Under the pieces are notes generated by a model. That model was not told where the DNA came from and made no database searches. It was given only the letters and a program-made list of their open reading frames with translations. A program made the position numbers and the translations under genes. A stretch of DNA of 64,000 nt, from NCBI GenBank assembly GCA_027624915.1, contig JAQBTR010000003.1, forward strand, positions 5,627-69,626, given 5' to 3'. The stretch is from a bacterium. GTDB taxonomy: Bacteria > Patescibacteriota > Minisyncoccia > Ryanbacterales > GWA2-47-10b. This document shows positions 36,113 through 55,806 of this stretch, piece after piece (the stretch's first letter is position 1; each line of letters begins with the position of its first letter).

Positions 36113-37146
36113 GAGGCTCGTCTAATTATATATTCGGACAACCCGCAAAGGTCTTTCTTTATTTTTGATGAAAGATTACTACGGTCTAACACACGCCCTG
36201 CTTGAAGGACTAACTCATCTGCATAGTTTGAGACAACATCATATGCTCCACTTTCTTTATATATACTTTTTATGCATGATAGAGCTTTTGAATCTATTTC
36301 TTTACCGTGCACTGACAAAAGATATTTTTTATCAATGACTGAGGCACGATTTACAGCCTCAAAGAAAAGTAATGTGGGCTTACCCTCCGAGATATCCCGC
36401 CCCAAGGACTTACCTGTTTTCTTAGGTGAACCAAAAACATCAAGCATATCGTCCTGTATCTGAAATGCAATACCTGTATACATGCCGTAGACTGCGAGAG
36501 ATCGTTGGTTTTTTATAGAAGCTCCTGCAAGTATTGCACCTGCAACAAGTGGTGCAGTTACTGTATAACCCGCTGTTTTGTGCTCATACAATTCAAGAAT
36601 ATTTTTACGCTTGATATTGCGCACGTCGGTGAGCGCAATATCAATAGCTTGACCTAGACCAACCAAATAAAATGCGTCCATAAGATACTTAATCGCATCG
36701 TGTTTTTGTTTTGGAGAAGATGTTACCTCATTTAACAACTCGTGCATCAAAACAAGAGCATAGTCACCCGCAACAATTGCCAACTCTCTACCGCGTCCTT
36801 TTACTATCTTATTGGCTCGCACATGGTATGAGGGTTGGCCACGACGCTTAGATGAGTTATCTATTAAATCGTCATGTATGAGAAGTGACGTATGAGCAAC
36901 CTCAATACCCATTCCTACCTGTAAAACATCTCGATTTGAAACCTTTTTTGGTCCTGACCTAGAACCAATATCAACAAGAAATGGCCGTAAGCGTTTACCA
37001 CCATTAAGAGATACTTTAAGCTGTCTCAAAGTCTCTGTTGTTATGCTTGAAAGCTTTGAGGATGATTTAATTTTCTTGTCTATATATAACCCAAGCTCTT
37101 TATTGAATCTATTTTGAAACTTTTTTATTTTTTGTTCTATGTTCAT
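36109..37146 (-). CDS. Polyprenyl diphosphate synthase (trans-isoprenyl diphosphate synthase).
   Basis: FARM motif LIHDDLIDNSSKRRG and SARM motif FQIQDDMLD. Confidence 0.85.
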   Translation of the reverse strand: MNIEQKIKKFQNRFNKELGLYIDKKIKSSSKLSSITTETLRQLKVSLNGGKRLRPFLVDIGSRSGPKKVSNRDVLQVGMGIEVAHTSLLIHDDLIDNSSKRRGQPSYHVRANKIVKGRGRELAIVAGDYALVLMHELLNEVTSSPKQKHDAIKYLMDAFYLVGLGQAIDIALTDVRNIKRKNILELYEHKTAGYTVTAPLVAGAILAGASIKNQRSLAVYGMYTGIAFQIQDDMLDVFGSPKKTGKSLGRDISEGKPTLLFFEAVNRASVIDKKYLLSVHGKEIDSKALSCIKSIYKESGAYDVVSNYADELVLQAGRVLDRSNLSSKIKKDLCGLSEYIIRRAS

Positions 37147-37147
37147 A

Positions 37148-38395
37148 TCATTCTATTCCGACAAACACCCCGCTAAAACTTACTATATCGCCTGGAGACG
37201 TTTCGATTATTATCCTGATATCATTTCCTTTTTCCTGAAACTGACTGATGTCTTCTTGCTCTTCCCACGATGTCTCCCTGTTCTCTTCTCCAGATAAATC
37301 ACTCCACCAATCCCCTATAATAGAGTAGCTATCAGTAGGTGCTATCTCACACCGAGCACGCGGAAATCCATCATTTGGAGTTGCATCTATTGTTTCTGAC
37401 AAAAAGTGAACGTTGCAATCGAATTTAGATATAGGATCAAGTTGTGGATCAAAAGGGAATTCTATTGAGTCCAAGTATACAAACTCCCCCACTCGCCCAT
37501 CATCCATGGACGAATCAACATATCCAGCATCTGATGCATATTCTGGATATAAAGGATCTTGACCAAGAATAAACGGTAACGTAAATGCAATAAAAAGACC
37601 CGTTGGTACAATTACATTGATGACTGTATCACGTAGTGGGTACTTCAAGGCTACCAACCGCCAAAGTATGTATGCTGGAATTGCTATATATTGTCCTAGT
37701 GTAAGACTCACGGCATCATAATATTTGCCACCTATAAGTCCCAAGGAAAAAACAAATTCTTCTGCCAAGAACACTAGGTCTTCGAATACGAACTTAGCAA
37801 CAGGCAAGGCAATGAGCGCAAACAAAACAGCAAAACGGCTACCACGACTAGGAAATACCGCTCGTAACAAAAAATACATTTGAATTGGTATCACCACACC
37901 TGCAAAGATATGTGAAAAATGTAAGGTATGATAACCAAGAACTGGTAATACTACCGGGATCTGACTAAACCAAAGATGAGGAATATCCAATAGTGGCAAC
38001 GATACCCATGTCATGGTGAGTGCAAAAGCACCCTTCTCGACTTGAGCCAGCGAAAGTTTTTTTACACCCTCAAATACTGGTTGCAATGACCACAGAAAAA
38101 TCGCAAGAAAAAGCCAATTGACTATTGCTATAGTTCCAAAAGTCAAAGAGTATAAAACAAAATTAGAAAAAGAACTCCAAATTGGTTTTGTAAAGAGAAG
38201 ATACCCGTGTAAATTAATCCATACCGCACCAACTATAAATAAGAATGTAAGTACGGATGGGTACCTAATTGCCAAAGGATCGATATTACGAAAAACCTTA
38301 TGTGGCCGTAGTAACGCATGCCATGCATAACTTAGAAGCTCTTTTATTCCCCAGGATACCTGCATATATTTCGAATATATCATGCGAATAATCAC
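37148..38395 (-). CDS. Polytopic membrane protein with a C-terminal extracytoplasmic domain.
   Basis: About 8 transmembrane helices. It lies immediately downstream of the giant gene. Confidence 0.4.
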   Translation of the reverse strand: MIIRMIYSKYMQVSWGIKELLSYAWHALLRPHKVFRNIDPLAIRYPSVLTFLFIVGAVWINLHGYLLFTKPIWSSFSNFVLYSLTFGTIAIVNWLFLAIFLWSLQPVFEGVKKLSLAQVEKGAFALTMTWVSLPLLDIPHLWFSQIPVVLPVLGYHTLHFSHIFAGVVIPIQMYFLLRAVFPSRGSRFAVLFALIALPVAKFVFEDLVFLAEEFVFSLGLIGGKYYDAVSLTLGQYIAIPAYILWRLVALKYPLRDTVINVIVPTGLFIAFTLPFILGQDPLYPEYASDAGYVDSSMDDGRVGEFVYLDSIEFPFDPQLDPISKFDCNVHFLSETIDATPNDGFPRARCEIAPTDSYSIIGDWWSDLSGEENRETSWEEQEDISQFQEKGNDIRIIIETSPGDIVSFSGVFVGIE

Positions 38396-38412
38396 TTGTA
38401 GAAATTAGAATT

Positions 38413-47685
<9,273 letters not shown>

Positions 47686-47702
47686 TTAGTTTAGAATTAA
47701 AC

Positions 47703-47737
47703 AAAAAAATGACCTACAACTTTGTAGGTCATTTTTA
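47703..47737. terminator. Rho-independent terminator for lepB, bidirectional.
   Basis: AAAAAAATGACCTACA-actt-TGTAGGTCAT followed by TTTTT. Confidence 0.6.
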
Positions 47738-47860
47738 AGGATTCTTGTGGACAAGAATCTTTATTTTTGTTACTCTGTATTACTTTTTTAAACTTTTATT
47801 TTCTATAAAACTCTCACATCTCTTACTTTAAATACATAAACCTTAATAGGTATAGCTTAT

Positions 47861-48373
47861 TCAATCAGTATAAACCTTAATATTTTTTGGTGGCCAAACT
47901 GTTATTATTGGCACACCAATGATGAATCTCTCATCAATCATTCCAGATGGAGATTCTAGTGTTGTATTGCTTACTACAAAGTATTCGTGAGCATCTAATG
48001 CTCCAATATCCTCTAGCCCAGCAATTACAGTACCAAACGCTGGGAGCTCTTTTATCTTGTAATCATCATTATTTCGAATAGAAAGAATGCCATCATTAAT
48101 AACAACACGCTCCATGGGAAGTCCTATTATTCTTCTCATATATCTATCCGTTCTGTCAGCTTGATCCCTAAATACTATGACTTCTTCTCTTCGAAATTTG
48201 CGGCTAAAATATGCTAGTCTATTCACAAGCACAAGGTCTCCAGACTCAAATTTTGGACTCATAGAACTGTCTGGAACGTAGAATGGCGTAAGTAAAAAGT
48301 ACCTAACCGGAATTGTAAGAATATAAGCAAATGAAATAGTCCAAAGTATACTTTTTGCTGTTTGCCAACTCAT
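47861..48373 (-). CDS. lepB: Signal peptidase I.
   Basis: N-terminal transmembrane helix. SMSPKF Ser box and a catalytic Lys region. 170 aa. Confidence 0.75.
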   Translation of the reverse strand: MSWQTAKSILWTISFAYILTIPVRYFLLTPFYVPDSSMSPKFESGDLVLVNRLAYFSRKFRREEVIVFRDQADRTDRYMRRIIGLPMERVVINDGILSIRNNDDYKIKELPAFGTVIAGLEDIGALDAHEYFVVSNTTLESPSGMIDERFIIGVPIITVWPPKNIKVYTD

Positions 48374-48416
48374 ACTCTAATCGTATATCTCCCCACCTAT
48401 TTAGCAAGTAATCTCT

Positions 48417-50276
48417 ATGTACATCGCTCATGTATATCCACTTACTACTGCACTACCTCAAAAATATTTAGAGGCTATTTCGTATTTTACGAAAGATAAT
48501 GTTCCAGTTGGATCATTGGTTGAAATCACCTTCAACAAGAAAAAAATTCCTGCCTTGGTTATCCAAACCGAATCAATAGGTGCACAGAAGGCATCCATTA
48601 AAAAAAGTTCATTTACATTAAAAAAGATTCATAAGATTTTGGTTAAACAAAGCCTATTCCCAGAGTCTCTCTTATTAGTATTAGATGAAATGAGTCAACT
48701 CTATCTTGAACCTCCAGGAAGCATTTTAAAGGCTCTCACACCAATAAGTCTCTTTGAGGGGAACTCAATAACCTTCTCCCCGCCCAAATCACTTCGTGAC
48801 CCATTTCAAGATCAACGACGAGATATAACCGTAGGCTCACTTAAAGATCGTGTTGAATATTATGAAGCTGTCATACGTGAAGTCTTAGCAAAGAAAAAAA
48901 TTATAGTAATTTTTGCGCCAACAGTTGCAACAGTTAATTTTCTTGGATCAGTATATGATCACCTACCAAGGAAGCCAATTATCATTCATAGCAAAATTAC
49001 CAAGAAGGCCTTTCGTGAAGCTCTTGAGCGCATTCACTCCTCCGATGGTCCCCAACTTGTAATCGGAACACCCATGCTTCTTGGATGTATGCGCGGAATT
49101 GAACATACTATAATCATTGAAGATTCTGATTCGCCACACTATACACGCACTGAGAGACCCAGAATACGAGCGGTCGCTGCAATAAGAATTTTTGCACACA
49201 ACATTCAAGCACGACTCATCGAAGGTAAACATTTACTTTCACTGAGAGACATAAAACATGAAAGTAAAGCATTCCCTGCGTCCTCACAACCAAAACAGCA
49301 TGAAACCCCAAAAATAATTTCTCTTGTGCCTGGAATCTGGAGCGTTGTCAGTACTGTCACACTAGACACCCTACGCAAGCATAATGAACGATTTATTATG
49401 CTTGTCACGCGTAAGGGCTTTTACTCATTTGTCTTATGTCTTGATTGTGGAGCTGTTGCAAACTGTGATAACTGCGGTAACCCTCTCGCATTCCATACAA
49501 AATTTGCTCGACGCTATTCCTGTCACAATTGTGGTAAAACATATAATCCACATCGGTCTTGTGCAAAGTGTAATGGCTGGAACTTAAAAGGATACGGAGT
49601 TGGGACTGAAAGTATAAAAGAGGCCTTAGAACTTTCCTTTCCTCAGAGAAAGTTTTGGACCTTGGACGCAGATAGCGCAAAAACAAAAAAGACACACGAT
49701 AAAATAGTCCAAGAATTTATAGAATCAGATAACGGGGTTCTTGTTGGGACTGAAATGATACTTGAAGACCCTAGAATTGAAGCCGAACATGTACTCGTAG
49801 CACACATAGACAATCTATTTTCTATTCCTGACATAGGTATTCATGAAAAGATTTTGAGTATTCTTATTCGTGCCCAAGAGAAGAGCTTTAATCACTCTTT
49901 GTTTATACAGACACGGTTTCCTGACCACCCCCTCTTTCAGGCATTAAAGAAAAATGATTTAAGAGAATTTTTAAAAGAAGAACTGAAGGAACGCAAAGAT
50001 CTTAACTTTCCGCCATATACGTTGCTTATAAAATGTACTGTTCAGCAAAAAGATGCCGTGGGTAGAACAGAAAAGGTAAAAATGGCTGAAAACATACTCA
50101 CCCCATTTGTATTTTCAATTGCTTCTTATCCGTCTTATACAAACAAAAACGAGCACATCATTTTACTAACAACAACACCTGAAAAATGGATTCGTGAAGG
50201 CGGTGAACTTAGAAATGCACTGCTGGAGCTTGCGGGTTCGTGGACTATTGTCGTAGACCCCACGAGTATTCTATAG
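48417..50276 (+). CDS. priA: Primosomal protein N' (PriA) homolog with degenerate helicase motifs.
   Basis: The Cys-rich Zn region CLDCGAVANCDNCGNPLAFH...CHNCG...CAKCNG is PriA-specific. The positions aligning to Walker A (GSLKDR versus GSGKTE) and Walker B (IIEDSDS versus VIDEEHD) are degenerate. Confidence 0.75.
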   Translation: MYIAHVYPLTTALPQKYLEAISYFTKDNVPVGSLVEITFNKKKIPALVIQTESIGAQKASIKKSSFTLKKIHKILVKQSLFPESLLLVLDEMSQLYLEPPGSILKALTPISLFEGNSITFSPPKSLRDPFQDQRRDITVGSLKDRVEYYEAVIREVLAKKKIIVIFAPTVATVNFLGSVYDHLPRKPIIIHSKITKKAFREALERIHSSDGPQLVIGTPMLLGCMRGIEHTIIIEDSDSPHYTRTERPRIRAVAAIRIFAHNIQARLIEGKHLLSLRDIKHESKAFPASSQPKQHETPKIISLVPGIWSVVSTVTLDTLRKHNERFIMLVTRKGFYSFVLCLDCGAVANCDNCGNPLAFHTKFARRYSCHNCGKTYNPHRSCAKCNGWNLKGYGVGTESIKEALELSFPQRKFWTLDADSAKTKKTHDKIVQEFIESDNGVLVGTEMILEDPRIEAEHVLVAHIDNLFSIPDIGIHEKILSILIRAQEKSFNHSLFIQTRFPDHPLFQALKKNDLREFLKEELKERKDLNFPPYTLLIKCTVQQKDAVGRTEKVKMAENILTPFVFSIASYPSYTNKNEHIILLTTTPEKWIREGGELRNALLELAGSWTIVVDPTSIL

Positions 50277-50283
50277 TATACGC

Positions 50284-50832
50284 ATGCAGAAACGAATCAC
50301 AGTCGAGCCCGAGCCAGTTCTCCGCCGGCATGCAACTGCTGTTAACGAGAGTGAATTTGGTACAGATGAACTAAAAGCAACTGTACAAAATCTATCTGAC
50401 ACTCTAAAAACTACGGATGATGGTATCGGTATTGCAGCACCACAAATAGGAATTTCGAAACGAATCTTTATAGCCTCGGAGGAGGCTCTTGATATTGATA
50501 AACGGGTGGGATCAGAAGATAAGCCAGAAAAAGAAAAAAGTACTTGGGAGCACTATATATTTATAAATCCAAAAGTTTTAAAAATCTCTAGCAAAAAAGA
50601 TTTTGGACCTGAAGGATGTCTCTCTATTCCAGGAACATATGGCGAAGTTAAACGAGCAGAAAAAATTAAAGTTCGCGCCTATGATACCAATGGAAAGCCA
50701 TTTGAAAGGGGTGCTACTGGTCTTTTTGCTCGACTACTCCAGCACGAAATTGACCACCTAGAGGGTGTTCTATTTATAGATAAGGCAAATAAAGTAGTGA
50801 CTAATGTTACTAGAGACGATGACAAAGCCTAG
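50284..50832 (+). CDS. def: Peptide deformylase.
   Basis: GIGIAAPQIG, EGCLSIPG and HEIDHLEG motifs. Confidence 0.9.
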   Translation: MQKRITVEPEPVLRRHATAVNESEFGTDELKATVQNLSDTLKTTDDGIGIAAPQIGISKRIFIASEEALDIDKRVGSEDKPEKEKSTWEHYIFINPKVLKISSKKDFGPEGCLSIPGTYGEVKRAEKIKVRAYDTNGKPFERGATGLFARLLQHEIDHLEGVLFIDKANKVVTNVTRDDDKA

Positions 50833-51691
50833 TATACTATTTTTAGGGAGCGGTGAATTTGCTGTTCCAGTGTTACAATCCCTTATTGACGAGGGATTTC
50901 CTATTGTTTCCGTTATTACTCAGCCAGACGAAAGTCCAATTCATGAGTACTGTGTGCCAAATGATATTTCATTAAGAAATTCAACGGAAGATGTGCCAGG
51001 GGCCGATATCTTTGTTATCGCGTCGTACGGTAAAATCCTTCCTGAAAAATTTCTATCTCTTCCAGAACATGGAACACTCAATGTGCACCCATCGCTACTA
51101 CCAAAATATCGTGGCCCATCCCCTATTCAGGGAGCGTTGCTTGCGGGAGAGACAGAGACTGGCGTCACAATAATGCTGACCGATGACAAAATGGACCACG
51201 GTCCAATTCTTGCACAAGAGAAATATACCATCAACTCAAGTGAAAACTACCCAATACTACGTGATAGCCTCGCTGAGCTTGGTGCAAAATTACTTATCTC
51301 AGTGCTTGAACGACTCATAAACGGTAATGTTCGTAAAACAGAGCAGGATCATGAACAGGCTACGTTTACAAAACTTATCAAAAAAGTAGATGGACGTATT
51401 GATTGGAATGCTGACGCTGATACAATCGTTAACCTTATACGTGCCTACAATCCGTGGCCAGCCGGACTTACAACATTTGCTGGTAAAAATATAAAACTCT
51501 TGAGTGCACGAATATCATCAACGACCCTACCCGCTGGAGAATTAAAACTCGATGGGGAAGAACTTATTGTCGGGTGTGGAAGTAACTCAATTGTTGTTGA
51601 AGAAATACAACCAGAAAGCAAACGTCCTATGTCGGGTGAAGCGTTCGCTCGTGGCTATCTTAAAGACTCACCACCCTATACATTTGAATAG
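50804..51691 (+). CDS. fmt: Methionyl-tRNA formyltransferase.
   Basis: NVHPSLLPKYRGPSPIQ formyltransferase motif, with the C-terminal domain. Confidence 0.9.
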   Translation: MLLETMTKPSILFLGSGEFAVPVLQSLIDEGFPIVSVITQPDESPIHEYCVPNDISLRNSTEDVPGADIFVIASYGKILPEKFLSLPEHGTLNVHPSLLPKYRGPSPIQGALLAGETETGVTIMLTDDKMDHGPILAQEKYTINSSENYPILRDSLAELGAKLLISVLERLINGNVRKTEQDHEQATFTKLIKKVDGRIDWNADADTIVNLIRAYNPWPAGLTTFAGKNIKLLSARISSTTLPAGELKLDGEELIVGCGSNSIVVEEIQPESKRPMSGEAFARGYLKDSPPYTFE

Positions 51692-51695
51692 CTCT

Positions 51696-53483
51696 CTACT
51701 GTAGAAAGTACTCTACCAAAAGAAGTGGTGCGAAAATAATATTTGCTATGATTTGAACGGCACGAGAGTGTTGTTCTTCTGGTGGTGGCTCACCTTCATA
51801 CGTTGGTTCCGGCGGGAAGTCTCCCCCATCATTCTCGCGACGTTCTTCGTATTCCTGTCGATACTCATCGTACTGTTCAGGTTGGAAGTTGTCGCCAACT
51901 GGTGGCAGCTGACCATCAAAATGAGGTTCATTAGAACGAAACCCTCCTCTCAAATCTTCAAACTGTTTTAAACCATCCAGTCTCTTTAAGTCTTCTGGTC
52001 TAAATCCCCGCTCCTCCAGCTTACGCAGTTCATCGGGTGTTGCTCTTCTTGGGTCCGGGAACTGACCCCCATCGAATAGCTCCCTATCGTTGTGATTAAA
52101 GTCTGATGGTGGAAAATCTCCTTTACCGGGAAAGTCACCAGATACTCCAGGAAAATCAAATCCACCATCAAATGGTACTCGGTCATCCTCTCCAGGAATA
52201 TGATCATCAAAATTTGGAATGTTACACTCTTGAGAATTTTGACGACAGTAGTCAAAACACTCTTGTGGACTCGTACAGCCACCAGGGCCGCTAAATCGTC
52301 CATCTTCACGATGGCCCTCTCCAGCATCATCTCCCCTAAATCTTCGTTCTAAGTCTTGAAGTTCATGGAGTTTATCGAGTCTGCGTTCAAAATCACCATC
52401 TCCACCCATATCTGACCCAGGTCTACGGAACCTATCTCTTTCACTAAACTCACGTAACATTCGCTCGGCATTCTCTTGCGTTAAACCACCATGGGTAGAT
52501 GCAAAAGCTACACACTCTTCAAAATGATCTCGATTTTCGCAGTATTTTTTACACTCTCTTTCTTCTCGACATCCACCGGGGCCACCCTCGCTTTTCATTT
52601 TACGCTCAAGTTTTAACCCAATCTCATGGTCTCTCCTTTCCTCATTAGATAATAATCCATTTCCTTGTGCAAATTCAAAACACTCTTCTCGATGTTCTGG
52701 ATCGTCACAATAACGATGGCACTCAACCCCACGACACCCACCAGGACCACCCCTACGTGACGCATCCATAAACCGACGTGCTTGCTCCACCTCTTCTCGA
52801 GGAATTAAGTTATGCTCTTCTGCAAATGTTAGACACCCATCTTCATGCCCTGATTGTTCACAATACTCACGACACTCTTTTCCTATACAACCACCTGGTC
52901 CTTTTTGAGCTCTTAACCCATTAAACTTCCGTGCCTCTACAATCTCTTCACGTGTCATAAAACCCTCTCGCTCTGCAAAAGTAATACACTCATCAAAATG
53001 TGCCTGATCTTCACAGTATGCCCGACACTCATCCTCTCCGTGACATCCACCGGGCCCCACAAAGTCTTCTCTTGATTGATGACCTCTTCGTACTCTATTA
53101 CGAATATGATCTACTTCTTCTTTTGTTATAAAACCCTGCTCAAGACCGTGATTAATACACTCATCAACATGAGATGGCCTTTCACAATATGCCTTACACT
53201 CACTTTCACTGGAACATCCACCCGGACCATTTAATCTTCGTGTGCGTTCTTCTATATGTCCTCGGACACGCTTGGCATCTTCACTATTAAGAAGTCCATT
53301 AGCTTCGGCAAAATCAATACAAATAAGTCTATTATCAGGATTGTCACAGTAGCGCTTACAGTCTTCTCTAGATTCACAGCTACCAAGTTCTGCAACCGGG
53401 AATGAAATATCTTGTGCATTAGCCACAGCTCCAAACGAAAATAAGCCTACGCTAGCAAATATATACAGTAGAAACGTACGCAT
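51696..53483 (-). CDS. Secreted cysteine-rich tandem-repeat protein of unknown function.
   Basis: Signal peptide MRTFLLYIFASVGLFSFGAVANA. About 10 tandem ~45-aa modules carry GPGGC-x3-5-EC-x2-YC-x5-6-H-x2-EC (4 Cys and 1 His per module). The protein is highly Glu/Arg-rich. The C-terminal third is acidic, low-complexity and DFP/GDF-rich, and it ends in a hydrophobic tail. Confidence 0.5.
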   Translation of the reverse strand: MRTFLLYIFASVGLFSFGAVANAQDISFPVAELGSCESREDCKRYCDNPDNRLICIDFAEANGLLNSEDAKRVRGHIEERTRRLNGPGGCSSESECKAYCERPSHVDECINHGLEQGFITKEEVDHIRNRVRRGHQSREDFVGPGGCHGEDECRAYCEDQAHFDECITFAEREGFMTREEIVEARKFNGLRAQKGPGGCIGKECREYCEQSGHEDGCLTFAEEHNLIPREEVEQARRFMDASRRGGPGGCRGVECHRYCDDPEHREECFEFAQGNGLLSNEERRDHEIGLKLERKMKSEGGPGGCREERECKKYCENRDHFEECVAFASTHGGLTQENAERMLREFSERDRFRRPGSDMGGDGDFERRLDKLHELQDLERRFRGDDAGEGHREDGRFSGPGGCTSPQECFDYCRQNSQECNIPNFDDHIPGEDDRVPFDGGFDFPGVSGDFPGKGDFPPSDFNHNDRELFDGGQFPDPRRATPDELRKLEERGFRPEDLKRLDGLKQFEDLRGGFRSNEPHFDGQLPPVGDNFQPEQYDEYRQEYEERRENDGGDFPPEPTYEGEPPPEEQHSRAVQIIANIIFAPLLLVEYFLQ

Positions 53484-53485
53484 AA

Positions 53486-53749
53486 TTATTCGAATGGATT
53501 AGTCTTGACGTCCCCATCAAATGGGTTTTGGTATCCATCCTCAAGTACGTTGTCTCCTGCGAATGGATTAACGGCATCAACCGCTGCTTCTTGTGCGGCA
53601 GCTGTCGCCTCCATGGCTGCTTTTTCCGTGCCCTGCTTTATACCCGCTTCTAGTCCCACGCCATTACCGTAGTAATATCCGCCAGTAGCACCGATTGCCA
53701 ATGCAACGATTGCAACCAAAAATGTTTTCATTCCGCCCCCTTGTTCCAT
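53486..53749 (-). CDS. Small secreted Gly/Ala-rich protein with NPF motifs.
   Basis: Signal-peptide-like MKTFLVAIVALAIGATG. Three NPF repeats. It lies 2 nt upstream of the Cys-repeat gene. Confidence 0.4.
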   Translation of the reverse strand: MEQGGGMKTFLVAIVALAIGATGGYYYGNGVGLEAGIKQGTEKAAMEATAAAQEAAVDAVNPFAGDNVLEDGYQNPFDGDVKTNPFE

Positions 53750-53902
53750 AATATATTTTTATAGATTAATAATTGCGAATGCTTACCCTTAGTATAGATA
53801 AATACTTATCTAGATTCACTGTTGATAAACAATATCCGGGGTCTGTTCACGAGCTCATGTCGAGGTAAAATTTTAGTATTTTAGCTGACAAGCCTAAATA
53901 TC

Positions 53903-54913
53903 TCACTTTTGCGGTGAGCTTGTGAATAGGCCCCTAGCTATTTCCCAATTCTCTGGCCTATCGTGCTTTGTCTTTAACCAATACCAGTACTCAACACCCC
54001 ATAGATAGAACTCATCAAATCCTGTTTTTGAGGCGTATTCTATAATCCCCTCAAACTTTTCTGGGCTAAAGGACATCTCTTGTTCACTTTGCGTCATCTG
54101 TGGGATTGGCTTGGGGCCCCAACTCTCTCCTTGAAGCTCTATCACAACCATTGGTCGCTCACCCGCAACCCACTGTGTAAGTTTATGCTTTGCCCTAAAA
54201 AAGCCTGGTGGAAGTGGGTATGTCACGTGTCCGAACGGTTCTTTGTAGATGATTCGGTACATGGTTGTACCGAAAACATCGCTACGCCTTGCTGCCCTAA
54301 ACCAAAGTGACAATTCTCCAGAATCTGTAACCAAAACCGGATGACTTGAATCAAGGATCTTTACCAAGGCGATTTCCTCCTCCAGAAACTCAACGTTAAG
54401 TGGCGGACATATACCGAAAGGTAAGAATGGCTCATTCTCTACCTGCCAATACAGAAGATTTGGTGAATCCTTATATCTCTCAACGGTGGCTGTAATATAT
54501 TTTTTAATAAGATCTTCTTGTTCGCTACGTGGTAATGATTTTGCCCACTCTGGTTCGTGACACTCTGGCCAACGAGGAACCTTTCTGCCAACTGCTAATA
54601 TCACCTCTGCACCCTCTTCTTCTGCGCGCTCAACCTGGTAGTCAAGATCACGAAAGTCATATGTGCCACGCCGAGCCTCAACCAGGCGCCAGTATACCGG
54701 CAGACGAATCTGTTTTACCCCGAGATCTGTGAGCATAGCTTCATACCCCTCCTTCCACGGAATACCAAAATCCTCCATTGAACTTTGAGAATACGTAACC
54801 CCCCACACTCTTGGCTCTAAGATTGGCGTGAGCCCTGCCATATATACCAAAACTAGGATTGATAAAAAAATCAAAAGTACAAAAAATCTAACAATTTGAA
54901 ATCGTTTTTTCAT
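53903..54913 (-). CDS. TIM-barrel glycoside hydrolase-like protein (GH5/GH42-type NEP motif) with an N-terminal transmembrane helix.
   Basis: LLYWQVENEP matches a catalytic acid/base box. Family assignment is uncertain. Confidence 0.45.
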   Translation of the reverse strand: MKKRFQIVRFFVLLIFLSILVLVYMAGLTPILEPRVWGVTYSQSSMEDFGIPWKEGYEAMLTDLGVKQIRLPVYWRLVEARRGTYDFRDLDYQVERAEEEGAEVILAVGRKVPRWPECHEPEWAKSLPRSEQEDLIKKYITATVERYKDSPNLLYWQVENEPFLPFGICPPLNVEFLEEEIALVKILDSSHPVLVTDSGELSLWFRAARRSDVFGTTMYRIIYKEPFGHVTYPLPPGFFRAKHKLTQWVAGERPMVVIELQGESWGPKPIPQMTQSEQEMSFSPEKFEGIIEYASKTGFDEFYLWGVEYWYWLKTKHDRPENWEIARGLFTSSPQK

Positions 54914-55806
54914 GAAAGAAACAATAAGTAGAGAGCAAAACTCATTGATAATGCACCCAAAACTTTTACACTAAGCGCATGCACAGAGAAATCTTCTTTT
55001 AGGACGCGTGGTGCAAAAAATGCCAAGAAAATAGAAATGATAAATACGAAGAAATATTCAAATGCAGCTAATGCATGAACAACCGAGACCACCCCACGTG
55101 ATAATGCAAAACTCACAAGAAACGCCCCTATAGCACCAATTGCCTTATTTACTAATAGTAGTGCGCTACCATGTGCCGATGGCAGGTTGGAAGACCTTAT
55201 TGTATGCCGACAACTCGGTATCAAGAATATTAATAGAGCCCCAAGAAACGACCCCATGCGCGACCAGAACAATCCATCAATAAACCCAGCGTTTAAAAAG
55301 ACATACTTTAACAAAACCAAACTTATACTTAGTAGCGTTGCCGCTGCCAGAACAATCCAAACTAGGGAATGATAAAAAACGTTTTGATGCTGTCTCTCCC
55401 ACACCAAGAAGAACCCTCCAAGAATTAGAAAAAATACTGCCTGCAAGCCAAATCTTCCTATATCCTCTCCGAGAGTATATAGAGCCAAAATAAGGGTAAA
55501 AAATGGTGCGATACTAACAAATAGTGGCACTACACGGGATGAGTCATAGTGACGAAGTCCGAGATACAAAAAATAAAGATGGCCCAAAAAGAAAATACCA
55601 GATATAAGTCCTACAAGTATTATTCGTGGCTCTACATCGAAGCTCAAAAAGGGCAAAAATAACAGAACAAGACCTGATAGTAAACCACCGTAGAATGTGT
55701 ACATAATGGGCTGTTTTATTGGGCCCGCTAGTATAACCTTATCAATTATCTTTGCACTTCCTGCAAAAAAGTAAGCAACAAGAGCAGCAACTATCCAAGT
55801 TTCCAT
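54910..55806 (-). CDS. EamA/DMT-family transporter (10 transmembrane helices).
   Basis: Duplicated 5-helix hydrophobic topology. 298 aa. Confidence 0.5.
   Translation of the reverse strand: METWIVAALVAYFFAGSAKIIDKVILAGPIKQPIMYTFYGGLLSGLVLLFLPFLSFDVEPRIILVGLISGIFFLGHLYFLYLGLRHYDSSRVVPLFVSIAPFFTLILALYTLGEDIGRFGLQAVFFLILGGFFLVWERQHQNVFYHSLVWIVLAAATLLSISLVLLKYVFLNAGFIDGLFWSRMGSFLGALLIFLIPSCRHTIRSSNLPSAHGSALLLVNKAIGAIGAFLVSFALSRGVVSVVHALAAFEYFFVFIISIFLAFFAPRVLKEDFSVHALSVKVLGALSMSFALYLLFLS

Noticed and set aside
51746-52330. Small ORFs (51746..51931, 51753..51971, 51986..52330, 52106..52294) inside the Cys-repeat gene.
   Set aside because: They are alternative-frame artefacts of a repetitive coding region. 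The 595-aa frame has periodic conserved Cys/His spacing.
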